Under the pieces are notes generated by a model. That model made no database searches and had not been told where the DNA came from. It saw only the letters and a program-made list of their open reading frames with translations. Shown piece after piece: positions 9,301 through 17,850 of a stretch of DNA of 46,325 nucleotides (the first letter of the stretch is position 1; every line of letters starts with the position of its first letter). The stretch is from the IMG/VR virus record IMGVR_UViG_3300009100_000007; one strand, 5' to 3'. A program made the translations under genes and the position numbers. The stretch comes from a virus.

Positions 9301-10171
9301 AAACGAGGCATCAGGCGCAACCGGCGAGGGGATGCTTCGTAAGGCGATCGGGATAGAACTCAAGCCCTTTCAATGGAGCGAAAGGCTAAACCGCACAGTG
9401 GCGGCGCTATCCGGGAGAAACTACGCGCGCGAAACCTTTGACGCGCTAGTCGCCAAACCGGGGCAAGCGAAGCTCAGACAATCCTTAGAAAAGATGGGTA
9501 TTGACGTTGATAGCGCGCTTGCGCGCGGGGCGTTATCTGAAACCGACGAACTCAAGGCGGCGCAGAATATCGTCAACCGCACGCAATTCAAGGTCGATCC
9601 AATTGAATTGCCGCTCTTTTGGAGCAGCCCGGAGGGAAAGCTTTTAACTCAATTCAAGTCTTTCAATTTCAAATCGGGCCAATTCATCAAGGATGAAGTC
9701 TTAAAAGAGCTTGGCAAGGGAAACGTGGCGCCGTTTATTCGGGCTGTTTCGATCTTGCCGCCGGCGGGGCTTGCAGTAAAGAAAGTACAAAACGCGCTTA
9801 AACCCTCCGACGACAAGAAAGAGGGCATTGCGGATTATCTCGCGGCAGTTGGCGTGCTTGGACTGTTCAGCGATTTGTTCCGTACTTCGGGACGCACTGG
9901 CGAGGGATTTTTAGCGGGGCCGACATTGAGCGATATCGGTCAGGGTGTCGGCGCAATCAGCACCACGCGGCAAAACATTCAAAACGAAAAACCCGCGCCG
10001 GCGAAACCGCTCGCCAAGTTTTTAGCCAGGCAGGTGCCGGTAATGGGCCCGACTCTTAGCGGTATGTTGAACGAGCATAAAGAAAAATCCCCGCACGACA
10101 AGATACTTCAGGAATTAGGCATGGATCGGGATAGTCATAAAAAACTGAAATCGCAGTTGGGGCTAAAATAA
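6311..10171 (+). CDS. Large internal virion / DNA-ejection-type protein (1286 aa)
   Basis: One of the two largest ORFs, with no tape-measure context. It has duplicated Pro-rich segments (PPPPQRALPPPEMVMEATPD / EPPRLQLPPPEKVIYEGTPE). Position is equivalent to T7 gp16. No catalytic motif recognised. Confidence 0.55.
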   Translation: MPIDELNAIRQKYPGKYDDLGDGDLAGMLAAKYPAYKDLPDRVAAESKPSPYSGLAGGAEAKIQRTPGFLQSLSEETKAAFRPGKTLADTGVNPLQLLSAPFNAISRGTTKYAAENLNITPLQADLAGESASFLAGLVPVPVGRAASAVKGLFPKARTVEELLPQRAALPTGPAAIAPPPPQRALPPPEMVMEATPDLTTPGGAVMRGTVSPAPKRTIIDLIDEVKQDVKNQVMEEIFQELRTGRTAAMPRVQRPQQIEPPRLQLPPPEKVIYEGTPEGQLSATAWRPVPKESITNARGQAADFMEGARPTITETPAPLPIKAPETTALDTLKERYDRVKTPALKKQIEQQWIESHELEKIPIGSGYGQITGTGADTTMTAAPQSQIDEILKPLREGPQAPAAPKAPRQTKSDIVSVMQGIERESDPATLLTLAIDGKTPRDLQRMAGDRLNDFKIKDLAVALETLDDEALKKLSRSGAVSQQVSFQAKGLLNRRVKTTPVAEEMAPRTPEEMIREHQTTKILQEAEAKGRPAATPDIAAETGKPQIHTGQPWVKVPDKSLKQLNNYLANNPVEVRKNVTGPTDHRITIKAPDGTGLELGQYGEDWHITGWNGPKFGKAGSTMAKAEVEATIRNLTSAPKPGAERSLGDILKSEKGQVGSTETNPFVTSSRLAIGETFEQAGKTVRKTMGPEGNELIDRLTEIRNKGERETGIASQPIEDAVKKIKKGAEYENFVDVLEGNAAPVNQNVANAAKLADPVRREIAGRAVDVDLQVKNPITGEYHPFRPKDNYFPHYSKEELSKLVEDPTRRADIKAQIKAELGPNATDRQAEQALQAMIKATKGREGHLEIARVLDFGDYHKDPRAFLKYINDAYRRINTAEQLGPRLEKAEELLAKIGQNHGDKAESFARTLLNRELRLEQTPDTLAKSMMETARNYEVFTKLGRAFIPNLSQHAYTAIVAGTKNTGKAMGEAFTKGGKEFARRAGVINDEVIKEFLNEASGATGEGMLRKAIGIELKPFQWSERLNRTVAALSGRNYARETFDALVAKPGQAKLRQSLEKMGIDVDSALARGALSETDELKAAQNIVNRTQFKVDPIELPLFWSSPEGKLLTQFKSFNFKSGQFIKDEVLKELGKGNVAPFIRAVSILPPAGLAVKKVQNALKPSDDKKEGIADYLAAVGVLGLFSDLFRTSGRTGEGFLAGPTLSDIGQGVGAISTTRQNIQNEKPAPAKPLAKFLARQVPVMGPTLSGMLNEHKEKSPHDKILQELGMDRDSHKKLKSQLGLK

Positions 10172-10392
10172 TGGCCGATCAATTCAAAGACACTAGCCTA
10201 AACGATGTTGCAGCCCTCGGCGGCATGGAAGAAGTAGGCGCAGGTTCCCTCGGTGCGACCGTCTGGAAACCGATGGCGCCTGCACTCGGTACATTCAAAG
10301 ACACTAGCTTAAACGACATTACGACTCTAGGCGGTATGGAAGAAGTCGGCGCGGGGAGTCTCGGCGGTACTATCTGGAAGGTAACGGAATGA
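10171..10392 (+). CDS. Small protein made of two ~29-aa repeats (73 aa)
   Basis: FKDTSLNDVAALGGMEEVGAGSLGATVWK and FKDTSLNDITTLGGMEEVGAGSLGGTIWK. Start and stop both overlap neighbouring genes (TAATG / ATGA). Confidence 0.65.
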   Translation: MADQFKDTSLNDVAALGGMEEVGAGSLGATVWKPMAPALGTFKDTSLNDITTLGGMEEVGAGSLGGTIWKVTE

Positions 10393-13300
10393 AAAAATTT
10401 TTACTCTATTGTTTGCTATTTGGCATTAGCCACTTGCCATTACTAGCCCAAGCTCAAACTGTCTATACCCCAAACCTGAACTTAGCCTTGCCGCCGGCTG
10501 CTCCTAACACATGGGGCGAGCAGTACAATAACAACTTTTCCACCCTTGATGAGAAGTTCCCAGGCGGTCAGGCGGCACACGGTATTCAAGATGAGGGGGC
10601 AAATCTTACACCTCGACAAAAACTGAATTTCAAGGGCGCCGGGGTAACGGCGGCGGATAATCCAGGCACCGGGGCAACCGATGTAACGATCACTTCGGGC
10701 GGCGGCGGCTCGGGAACACCGGGCGGCGCGGACGGTCAGGTGCAGTTTAATAGCTCCGGTAGTTTCATGGGCGAACCGGGGTTTACGTACAACGCCGTGA
10801 CCGATGTAGTCACCGCAGGCGGCTTTATCGGGCCTCTAACCGGCAACGTAACCGGAAATGTGACGGGCAATCTGACGGGCAATGCAAGCACAGCCACCGC
10901 ACTCAGCGCCAACCCAAATAATTGCTCACCGGGCAACGCGCCGACAGGCATCACCGCGGCGGGTGTCGCGGAAGATTGCTTCGATGTAGCAACACAGCCT
11001 GAACTAGACACCCACGGCGCACTTACCGGCGCCACGGCGGCGCACGGCGCAGTATCGACCAATACCGCGAGTCAGATCGTCACTAGGGACGGCAGCGGGA
11101 ACTTTGCCGCCGGCACAATCACCGCGAACCTCACCGGAAACGTGACCGGCGCGGTTACGGGCAATGCCTCCACGGCCACGGCTTTGGCCGCAAACGGTTC
11201 AAACTGCCCAGCAGGACAGGCGGCGGGCGGGGTTAGCGCAGCAGGCGCGGCAGAGGATTGTATCGTCGTAGGATCAGGCGCAGGCGTGCCGATTGTGCTG
11301 GACCTCGGCAACGACGCATCGAGCGAATCAGGCGACCTTGCCAAGATCACCACGACCGGCGATACAAATTCGATTTTTACCGAACCCAACGCAGACGAAC
11401 TCCGCATCAATGTTGGCAACAAATGGCCGGCATCGAATACCGCTGATGCACTAGCGACGAACGGCGCAAACTGCTCATCGGGCAGCGCGCCTTTAGGAGT
11501 GGACGCAGCGGGCGCGGTCGAAGGGTGTTTCGACGTAGCGACTCAGACCGAACTAAACACGCACGGCGCGCTAACCGGCACCGCCGCGCACGGCGCGACC
11601 ACGACCAACACGGCGAGCCAGATTGTAACGCGCGACGGTTCAGGCAACTTCGCAGCGGGCACCATCACGGCGACCCTAACAGGCAACGTCACCGGAACCG
11701 TAACCGGATCACTCGTTGGAAACGCCTCCACCGCTACCGCGTTGGCTGCTAACGGGACTAACTGTAGCGCAGGCCAAGCCGCGTCGGGGGTAGACGCATC
11801 GGGCAATGCCGAAGGGTGCAGCACTATATTGGCAACCCCAGGCGGCAGTGACACACAGGTTCAGTTTAACGATGGCGGCACTCTAGGCGCCGACGCTGGA
11901 CTTACTTACAACAAAACCACGGACGTGCTAACCGCAGTGGGCGGATTTGTCGGAGCCCTCACCGGCAACGCGACCACGGCGACCGCACTCGCCGCCAATC
12001 CAACGGACTGCACCGCGGGCCAATTTGCAACAGCAATCGCGGCAAACGGAAATCTAACCTGTACCACGCCGGCAGGCGGCGGCGATGTTACCGGGGCAGC
12101 ATCATCGGTCAATAATGAAATCGCGCTCTTTAGCGGCACGACCGGCAAGGTGCTGCAACGCGCAACCACAACCGGGATTCTTAAAGGAACGAGCGGCGTT
12201 ATCGGCGCAGCGATAGCAGGAGCCGACTATGTAACCCCTGCGGGCAACGTCGCCACGGCTACGGCACTAGCGGCGAACGGAGATAACTGCGCCGCAGGGC
12301 AAGCCCCGTTAGGCGTCAATGAGGCAGGATTTGTTGAGGGCTGCACAAACTATATGGAGGAACCGGCCTCAACCGGATTTGTTGCCAAAACGGCATCTAA
12401 TACCGCAGTCGGCAGAGCGATCACCACGACGACACCCGTAACCGTCACCGCTGGCGACGGCGTAGCAGCCAACCCGGTTATTGCTTGCCCGACTTGCGGC
12501 GTTACCGGCTCGCCTCTTTCACAGTTTGCCGCGACCACTTCGGCGCAACTTGCGGCGACCATATCCAATGAAACCGGATCAGGCGCGGTTGTATTCGGCA
12601 CCTCACCGACATTGACCACGCCGGTAATTGGCGACTTTACGACCTCACAACACGCGCACACTGCGGCGGCGAGCGGCGGCAAACTCACGGCGAGCACTGC
12701 GCTAACAGCGACAGGAACGCCAAGTTCCGCCACCTTCTTACGCGGCGACAACGCATGGACGACGGTTGCCGCAGCCGCAGGCGGGAGCACTTCGCAACTC
12801 CAATACAACAACGCTGGCGCAATCGCAGGCACGTCCGGTTGTAGCTCGGACGGTACGAACGTCACTTGCGGAACAGATAATCTAAGGAGCACGAACAGCC
12901 GTATCACCAGCGGATTGCGTGATACCAACGGAAACCCCTGGATTGCGACCACGTCAACGCCGAGCGCAGTCAACGCCATCACCGTGACCAACGCAGCGAC
13001 GGGCGGCACGCCGACGATTACCGCGAGCGGCAGCGATTCCAACATAGGACTTGGCATTGCGGGCCAAGGGACCGGGGCAATCTGTATCGGGACGGATTGC
13101 TCATCGAGCACCTCCACCACCGGCAACCTCGAAGTAGGCACGCTGAAGCTCAACGGCACCGGCAGCGGCACAGTCAGCATTTTACCGGGAGCGGCGGCGG
13201 CGGGAACTTATAATCTTAATCTGCCGGTCACGGCGGGCACCGCGGGCCAAGTCCTCACATCGCAAGGCGGCAGCTCAAACGCGATGACCTGGACAACTCT

Positions 13301-14144
13301 AGGAGCAGGCACCGGCACTGTCACCAACAACGGCGGCGCCTTAACGTCCAATGCCATTATTTTAGGCGCAGGCGGCAATGATTCCAAAGTGGCGGCAGGC
13401 TTCACCACGGACGGAACAAGTAAAGTCATTCTAGGTGTCGCGGGTACTTCGGTTGGAAGCGTGGACTTCAAGAACGCTACTTCCGGCACGATCACCATGC
13501 AACCCGTGACCGGCGCATTAGGCACCGTGACGCTATCACTTCCGGCAACTACCGGCACCGTAGCCCTAGAAGCCGGCAACGTGGCGACAGCAACGGCACT
13601 GGCGGCAAATCCAGCCGACTGTTCATCTAACCAATTCGCTCACACAATCGCGGCCAGCGGCGCCCTGACCTGCTCCGCATTGACCCTAGCCAGCGCGCAA
13701 TTCGCCAACCAGGGCACCACCTCGACCGTGCTCCACGGCAACGCAGCTGGCAATCCTTCATTTGCGGCGGTGTCCTCGGCAGACGTGAACGCGGACCTGA
13801 AACGGCGCTCGTGTGAACTAGGATGGGGCAGCAAGCAAGCTGGCGCCGTTGCAATAGCGACCGATGATGACTTGCCTTTCGTTTGTTCCAACCTTACCGG
13901 CTCAACGATGACGATTGAATCAGTGGAGTGCTTGGCCGACGCGGCGAACATGACCGTGGACGTACTAACCACAGGCGGCGCCAGCATCCTAACCGGCGCG
14001 GTTACTTGCGGCAACGGCACCTTTGTGGCGGCGACACTATCCGGCACACCGACGCAGGCGAATAATGGCACGTTCGACGTGAATATAGGCACCAACGCGA
14101 GCAGCGCGAAGTACGCGGTAGTGAGAATCAAGAGGACTCTATAG
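10389..14144 (+). CDS. Tail fibre protein with N-terminal Sec-type signal peptide (1251 aa)
   Basis: MKKFLLYCLLFGISHLPLLAQA-Q is followed by the fibre N-terminal motif YTPNLNLALP...W..QYNNNFSTLD. Also has the QIVTRDGSGNFAAGTITA fibre motif twice and seven TATALAAN..NC...C modules. Confidence 0.85.
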   Translation: MKKFLLYCLLFGISHLPLLAQAQTVYTPNLNLALPPAAPNTWGEQYNNNFSTLDEKFPGGQAAHGIQDEGANLTPRQKLNFKGAGVTAADNPGTGATDVTITSGGGGSGTPGGADGQVQFNSSGSFMGEPGFTYNAVTDVVTAGGFIGPLTGNVTGNVTGNLTGNASTATALSANPNNCSPGNAPTGITAAGVAEDCFDVATQPELDTHGALTGATAAHGAVSTNTASQIVTRDGSGNFAAGTITANLTGNVTGAVTGNASTATALAANGSNCPAGQAAGGVSAAGAAEDCIVVGSGAGVPIVLDLGNDASSESGDLAKITTTGDTNSIFTEPNADELRINVGNKWPASNTADALATNGANCSSGSAPLGVDAAGAVEGCFDVATQTELNTHGALTGTAAHGATTTNTASQIVTRDGSGNFAAGTITATLTGNVTGTVTGSLVGNASTATALAANGTNCSAGQAASGVDASGNAEGCSTILATPGGSDTQVQFNDGGTLGADAGLTYNKTTDVLTAVGGFVGALTGNATTATALAANPTDCTAGQFATAIAANGNLTCTTPAGGGDVTGAASSVNNEIALFSGTTGKVLQRATTTGILKGTSGVIGAAIAGADYVTPAGNVATATALAANGDNCAAGQAPLGVNEAGFVEGCTNYMEEPASTGFVAKTASNTAVGRAITTTTPVTVTAGDGVAANPVIACPTCGVTGSPLSQFAATTSAQLAATISNETGSGAVVFGTSPTLTTPVIGDFTTSQHAHTAAASGGKLTASTALTATGTPSSATFLRGDNAWTTVAAAAGGSTSQLQYNNAGAIAGTSGCSSDGTNVTCGTDNLRSTNSRITSGLRDTNGNPWIATTSTPSAVNAITVTNAATGGTPTITASGSDSNIGLGIAGQGTGAICIGTDCSSSTSTTGNLEVGTLKLNGTGSGTVSILPGAAAAGTYNLNLPVTAGTAGQVLTSQGGSSNAMTWTTLGAGTGTVTNNGGALTSNAIILGAGGNDSKVAAGFTTDGTSKVILGVAGTSVGSVDFKNATSGTITMQPVTGALGTVTLSLPATTGTVALEAGNVATATALAANPADCSSNQFAHTIAASGALTCSALTLASAQFANQGTTSTVLHGNAAGNPSFAAVSSADVNADLKRRSCELGWGSKQAGAVAIATDDDLPFVCSNLTGSTMTIESVECLADAANMTVDVLTTGGASILTGAVTCGNGTFVAATLSGTPTQANNGTFDVNIGTNASSAKYAVVRIKRTL
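10881..13675 (+). repeat. Seven dispersed ~35-aa Cys-loop modules (GNAxTATALAANxxxC-x17to19-C) within the fibre gene
   Basis: Read from the translation. Peptide repeats are conserved while their DNA is heavily diverged at synonymous sites (for example 11067..11126 versus 11613..11672). Confidence 0.8.
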
Positions 14145-15568
14145 TGCGCAAGATCCTTTTACTGCTCTCATTCTTTGTCGCCCTATCAGGCGAGGCGTTT
14201 GCGGTCATCGGCTTTGAATCCTCGACCGAATCGCACACCGGAACGACCGGCTCTCAGAGTCAGGCGTCTTTCGATATCACCGTGCCCTTTACCGCCAACT
14301 CCAAGGGGCTCTTGGTTTTCACGTACAACGCCAATTCCAACGCGAACGACGGCACGAGCGTCAAGATCGACCCTGCGGGCACGAACAGGGATGTTCCAGC
14401 CGTCACAGGCGGTTTAGCATCAGATACAGTAGGCGAGCCGGGAAGCTGCAAAGCATGGTTTTTAGGAACCGGCGCATTTCCATCGTCAAACACAACCGTT
14501 CGCATCAACCGAAACAACAACGCGAATATCATGTACGCCGTGGCGATCACAGTCACGGCGGGCGCCAACACCTATTACAACGCCGGCGGCAGCACGCCAG
14601 TGTTACAGGAAGGCGACGGAGCAATAGCCGAATCTTTTCTTAACACCAACGCGATTACCGCAATGCGTTTTCAGTGTGGCTATAACGGCTCGAACAACGC
14701 CCCGGCAGCAGGCGCCAACTCGACCCTTTTACAGTCGATCGATTTCGGCTCTTTCACAGCGGGAGCTTGCAGAGAGACAACCGCAGGCAGCGGCGACCGA
14801 TCGGCAGGCTGCACGGCATCGAGTGACGACAGAGCAGCGGTTACTCTGGCGATTGCCGAAATTCCCGCTTGTTCAGGAACGACTTGGACAAGTACGGGCA
14901 TCAAAGCCACCGGGGCGAGCAGCAGCAACGCGGATTCGGCAACGCTGACGTTAGGCGACACATCAACCAATTCTTTTATCGCGGTGTCTGTGTCGATATT
15001 TGACAGTGACGCAAACCCCGCATCCATCACAGTCAGCGACAACATCAACGGCACTTATACATCGAGCTTTTACCAGGGCATTACGAACGGCGGCATCGGC
15101 ATCCGGTACTTCCCAACCAACCCAGGCGGCAATCTTATCATTACAGCCAACCCGGACGGGGCAACATCGGACTTTAGCATAATGGCGCATGAGTTTTGCG
15201 GCGGTCACGCGACACCCGCGAGCGGTTCGCCCGTAACAGCCACCGGCTCCAGCACCACGCCATCAACGGGAGCTATGACGCCGGCGGACAATAACGTGCT
15301 GTTGCTGGCAAGCGTCGTCGCGCACGTTACCCCCGGCACTATAACCGAAAACGCAGGCGGTCAGGGATTCACGTTGAGCAATGAGCGTGAAGATGGATTC
15401 GGCGGAACGTCATCCTTTGTTTACAAGATTATTTCAGGCGCACCCGGCACGCCAAGCGAGAGCTGGACCACTACTAACAGCGGCGCATGGGCGGCAGGCA
15501 TCGCAGCATTCAAGCCAGCGTTTCAGCCGACGCCAGTGGTACGGCCCCACAGGATCATCAACTATTAA
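14144..15568 (+). CDS. Signal-peptide-bearing protein with two tandem ~220-aa beta-rich domains (474 aa)
   Basis: GTG start overlaps the upstream TAG. N-terminus MRKILLLLSFFVALSGEAFA-V. The S/T/N/G-rich composition resembles fibre or adhesin proteins. Confidence 0.7.
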   Translation: MRKILLLLSFFVALSGEAFAVIGFESSTESHTGTTGSQSQASFDITVPFTANSKGLLVFTYNANSNANDGTSVKIDPAGTNRDVPAVTGGLASDTVGEPGSCKAWFLGTGAFPSSNTTVRINRNNNANIMYAVAITVTAGANTYYNAGGSTPVLQEGDGAIAESFLNTNAITAMRFQCGYNGSNNAPAAGANSTLLQSIDFGSFTAGACRETTAGSGDRSAGCTASSDDRAAVTLAIAEIPACSGTTWTSTGIKATGASSSNADSATLTLGDTSTNSFIAVSVSIFDSDANPASITVSDNINGTYTSSFYQGITNGGIGIRYFPTNPGGNLIITANPDGATSDFSIMAHEFCGGHATPASGSPVTATGSSTTPSTGAMTPADNNVLLLASVVAHVTPGTITENAGGQGFTLSNEREDGFGGTSSFVYKIISGAPGTPSESWTTTNSGAWAAGIAAFKPAFQPTPVVRPHRIINY

Positions 15569-15576
15569 GGAGCACA

Positions 15577-17850
15577 ATGAAAAGATTTGGACTTTTATTC
15601 GCTCTACTCTTGATTGCCCTGTACCCTGACTTTTCCTTTGCCGTAGCGCTGACAAGAACAATTCCTTACACAGAATCAATTTGTCTTACCAACCCTGACG
15701 TGTTTTTCTGTGAGGACTTCGACGGTCAAGACATCACGCCGATTCCAAGTAGTTGTCTGTCCAACTACACTAATCCTGGAATTTTGGTCAAAGACATTTG
15801 CTTCCCGAACGGCGGCTCACACCAACTATCAACCGCACCCCTATCCGGTTTTAACCAATCCACTAATAAGGTTTGGCGGTGCAGTAAAACAACCGGATAT
15901 GTGGACCTTGATACGGGCGTCAATACGGGAACGGGAAATTGCGCCGTGGCCGGATGGCTCAAACCATCGATTCTAGGGACCGGCGCGCGCGAATGGTACA
16001 TGCGGTTCCAGGTTTATTGGCACACAAACCATACGTGGCCGGTAGACTATGATTATAAGTTGCCCGGTTGGAGCTTGCCGGAAGTCTTCATTGACCCGCC
16101 ATCAGCCGAATACGAAGCAGGGGTTTATGTCCATCAGGACTTTGCTTGCCAGATTTCAGGCACATGGACAAGCTTCAACGATGTTCCGACAATTCGCTAC
16201 TCCAACGGTTTCCAGCAAGCCCCCTACCAAAACGAGTATTGCCCACCACTCACACCAGGAACCGCGGCAAACGGCGTCAACGCGCCGAGGTTAGTCACAG
16301 GGAGATGGTACACGATCGAATTGCATTACAAATTAAGCACCGATCCAGCTCAAGGCCGGATGCAGTTATGGATTGATGATAACCTGACCTATGACTTCAC
16401 TCGCGCAACCTGCACCGGCGGCTGCGCGGACATGAATTATATTTACGCTGCGCTTGGTTTTATGAACCCCGCAGACCCGGCAACGGGTTACGCCGAGTTC
16501 GATAACTTGGTTTACTCCCGCGCAAAGATCGGCTTGCCAGCCGGCGCAGTACCGCCGCCAACCGTGGCATACGTCGCGTCCAAAAATTCCACCACGGCAA
16601 CAGCCAACGCGATCCTAGGGAGAACATCGGGCAGCGGCGCGGTTGAAGTTAAATTTACCAACATGAACACCGCGACTTATTTGATCGGCTCAAATACGGT
16701 GCGGGTAGTTGCCGAGCGCATACCGGACAACGGACTAAGTGCATTAACTGCACCTACTCCGGTTATAAATGCGGATTATCCGGTTGTCAGTAATACTGTG
16801 ACCGTAACCTTACCAACATTCGGGGCAACGGAAGCTTACACCTTCACCTTAACACAGGGCACAGGCGGCAGTCCGCCGGCACCAGTGAGCACAACCGAGA
16901 CAGTTACGATTGCGATGCATCTCGACGGCGGCGCGGTCACGTATAGGGGTAGCGGCTTTCTACATCACGGCATTCTAACCGGCTCACCAACGGACGCACT
17001 AACAACGCCGATGAAAACGAAGCTTGTCAGGTGCGGCGCGGTTGGCGCGAATGACGTGTGCAACACGAATTACACCCGCATCGTGAGTCTAGGCGCGACG
17101 CCGCAGATGTTACTAAGCGATAACTTTTATCAGGCACCTTGGCCGGGAGACGGCGGCAACTGGACAGCATGGGAAAACCAATGCTCAAGCAAGGTCAATG
17201 CGGCAGTCGCCGCGGGCAGAACCTTCCAATACGATATATGGAATGAACCGAACTCGACTAACCCGTTTTGGGGCGCGGCAGGCGGGCAAAGCCAATGGTT
17301 TGAAGCCTACAAACGCTGCGTCAATATCATTCGCGGCATCCTTCCCGGCGCGGTAATTGTCGGGCCGAGCGTAGGGCCTTATGATGAAACCTACTTGCAA
17401 CAGTTTTTGACCTATGCCAAGGCCAACAGCGTATTACCAGACCGCTTATCGTGGCATGAGTTTTTTGGCGGCTCAGAAGTGGAAGGGCACGTTACCGCCA
17501 TGCGCACCTACATGGACAACAACGCCATCACGCGCATACCAATTTCCATTAACGAATATGCAGGTCCGACGCAGTTTTATTCTCCCGGTCAACTTGTGTG
17601 GTATCTCGCCGCCTTCGAGCGGGCGGGAGTGGATAGCGCCTCTCACGCTTGTTGGGATGACGCAGGGACCGACACCGGAAATAATTGCTTCAACACGCCG
17701 GCAACATTGAACGGATTATTAACAACCAACGGAACATCGCGGCGCTCGGGTTGGTGGGCGCATAAAGGATACGGCGATCTAAGCGGGCGGCTTGTCGGCT
17801 TCGGCTCCCAGGCGACTGTTCCAATTGCGGCGACACTTAAAATCCAATGA
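15577..17850 (+). CDS. Signal-peptide-bearing putative depolymerase: polysaccharide-lyase-like concanavalin-fold N-domain plus clan GH-A glycoside hydrolase C-domain (757 aa)
   Basis: AGGAG RBS and ATG at 15577 give MKRFGLLFALLLIALYPDFSFA-V. GRWYTIELHYKLS...RMQLWIDDNL is lyase/lectin-fold-like. YDIWNEPN (near 17240) and INEYAG (near 17550), about 100 aa apart, match the GH-A acid/base and nucleophile motifs. The track start at 15487 lies inside the upstream gene. Confidence 0.7.
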   Translation: MKRFGLLFALLLIALYPDFSFAVALTRTIPYTESICLTNPDVFFCEDFDGQDITPIPSSCLSNYTNPGILVKDICFPNGGSHQLSTAPLSGFNQSTNKVWRCSKTTGYVDLDTGVNTGTGNCAVAGWLKPSILGTGAREWYMRFQVYWHTNHTWPVDYDYKLPGWSLPEVFIDPPSAEYEAGVYVHQDFACQISGTWTSFNDVPTIRYSNGFQQAPYQNEYCPPLTPGTAANGVNAPRLVTGRWYTIELHYKLSTDPAQGRMQLWIDDNLTYDFTRATCTGGCADMNYIYAALGFMNPADPATGYAEFDNLVYSRAKIGLPAGAVPPPTVAYVASKNSTTATANAILGRTSGSGAVEVKFTNMNTATYLIGSNTVRVVAERIPDNGLSALTAPTPVINADYPVVSNTVTVTLPTFGATEAYTFTLTQGTGGSPPAPVSTTETVTIAMHLDGGAVTYRGSGFLHHGILTGSPTDALTTPMKTKLVRCGAVGANDVCNTNYTRIVSLGATPQMLLSDNFYQAPWPGDGGNWTAWENQCSSKVNAAVAAGRTFQYDIWNEPNSTNPFWGAAGGQSQWFEAYKRCVNIIRGILPGAVIVGPSVGPYDETYLQQFLTYAKANSVLPDRLSWHEFFGGSEVEGHVTAMRTYMDNNAITRIPISINEYAGPTQFYSPGQLVWYLAAFERAGVDSASHACWDDAGTDTGNNCFNTPATLNGLLTTNGTSRRSGWWAHKGYGDLSGRLVGFGSQATVPIAATLKIQ

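Noticed and set aside
12350-13180. Long antisense and alternative-frame ORFs inside the large late genes (for example 12350..13180, 13640..14131, 11072..11422, 5530..5988, 8110..8547, 3022..3342, all minus strand)
   Set aside because: They lie wholly within strongly supported plus-strand genes. They have Pro/Ala/Val/Ser-rich low-complexity products and no RBS, as is typical of shadow ORFs in repetitive coding DNA.
10881-13675. Diversity-generating retroelement targeting the repeated fibre modules
   Set aside because: There is no reverse transcriptase anywhere in the complete genome and no non-coding template repeat. Repeat differences are mostly synonymous rather than adenine-specific.
15487-15576. 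Upstream extension of the depolymerase ORF (track start 15487)
   Set aside because: The extension lies inside the 14144..15568 gene in another frame. The ATG at 15577 has an AGGAG RBS and yields a canonical signal peptide.
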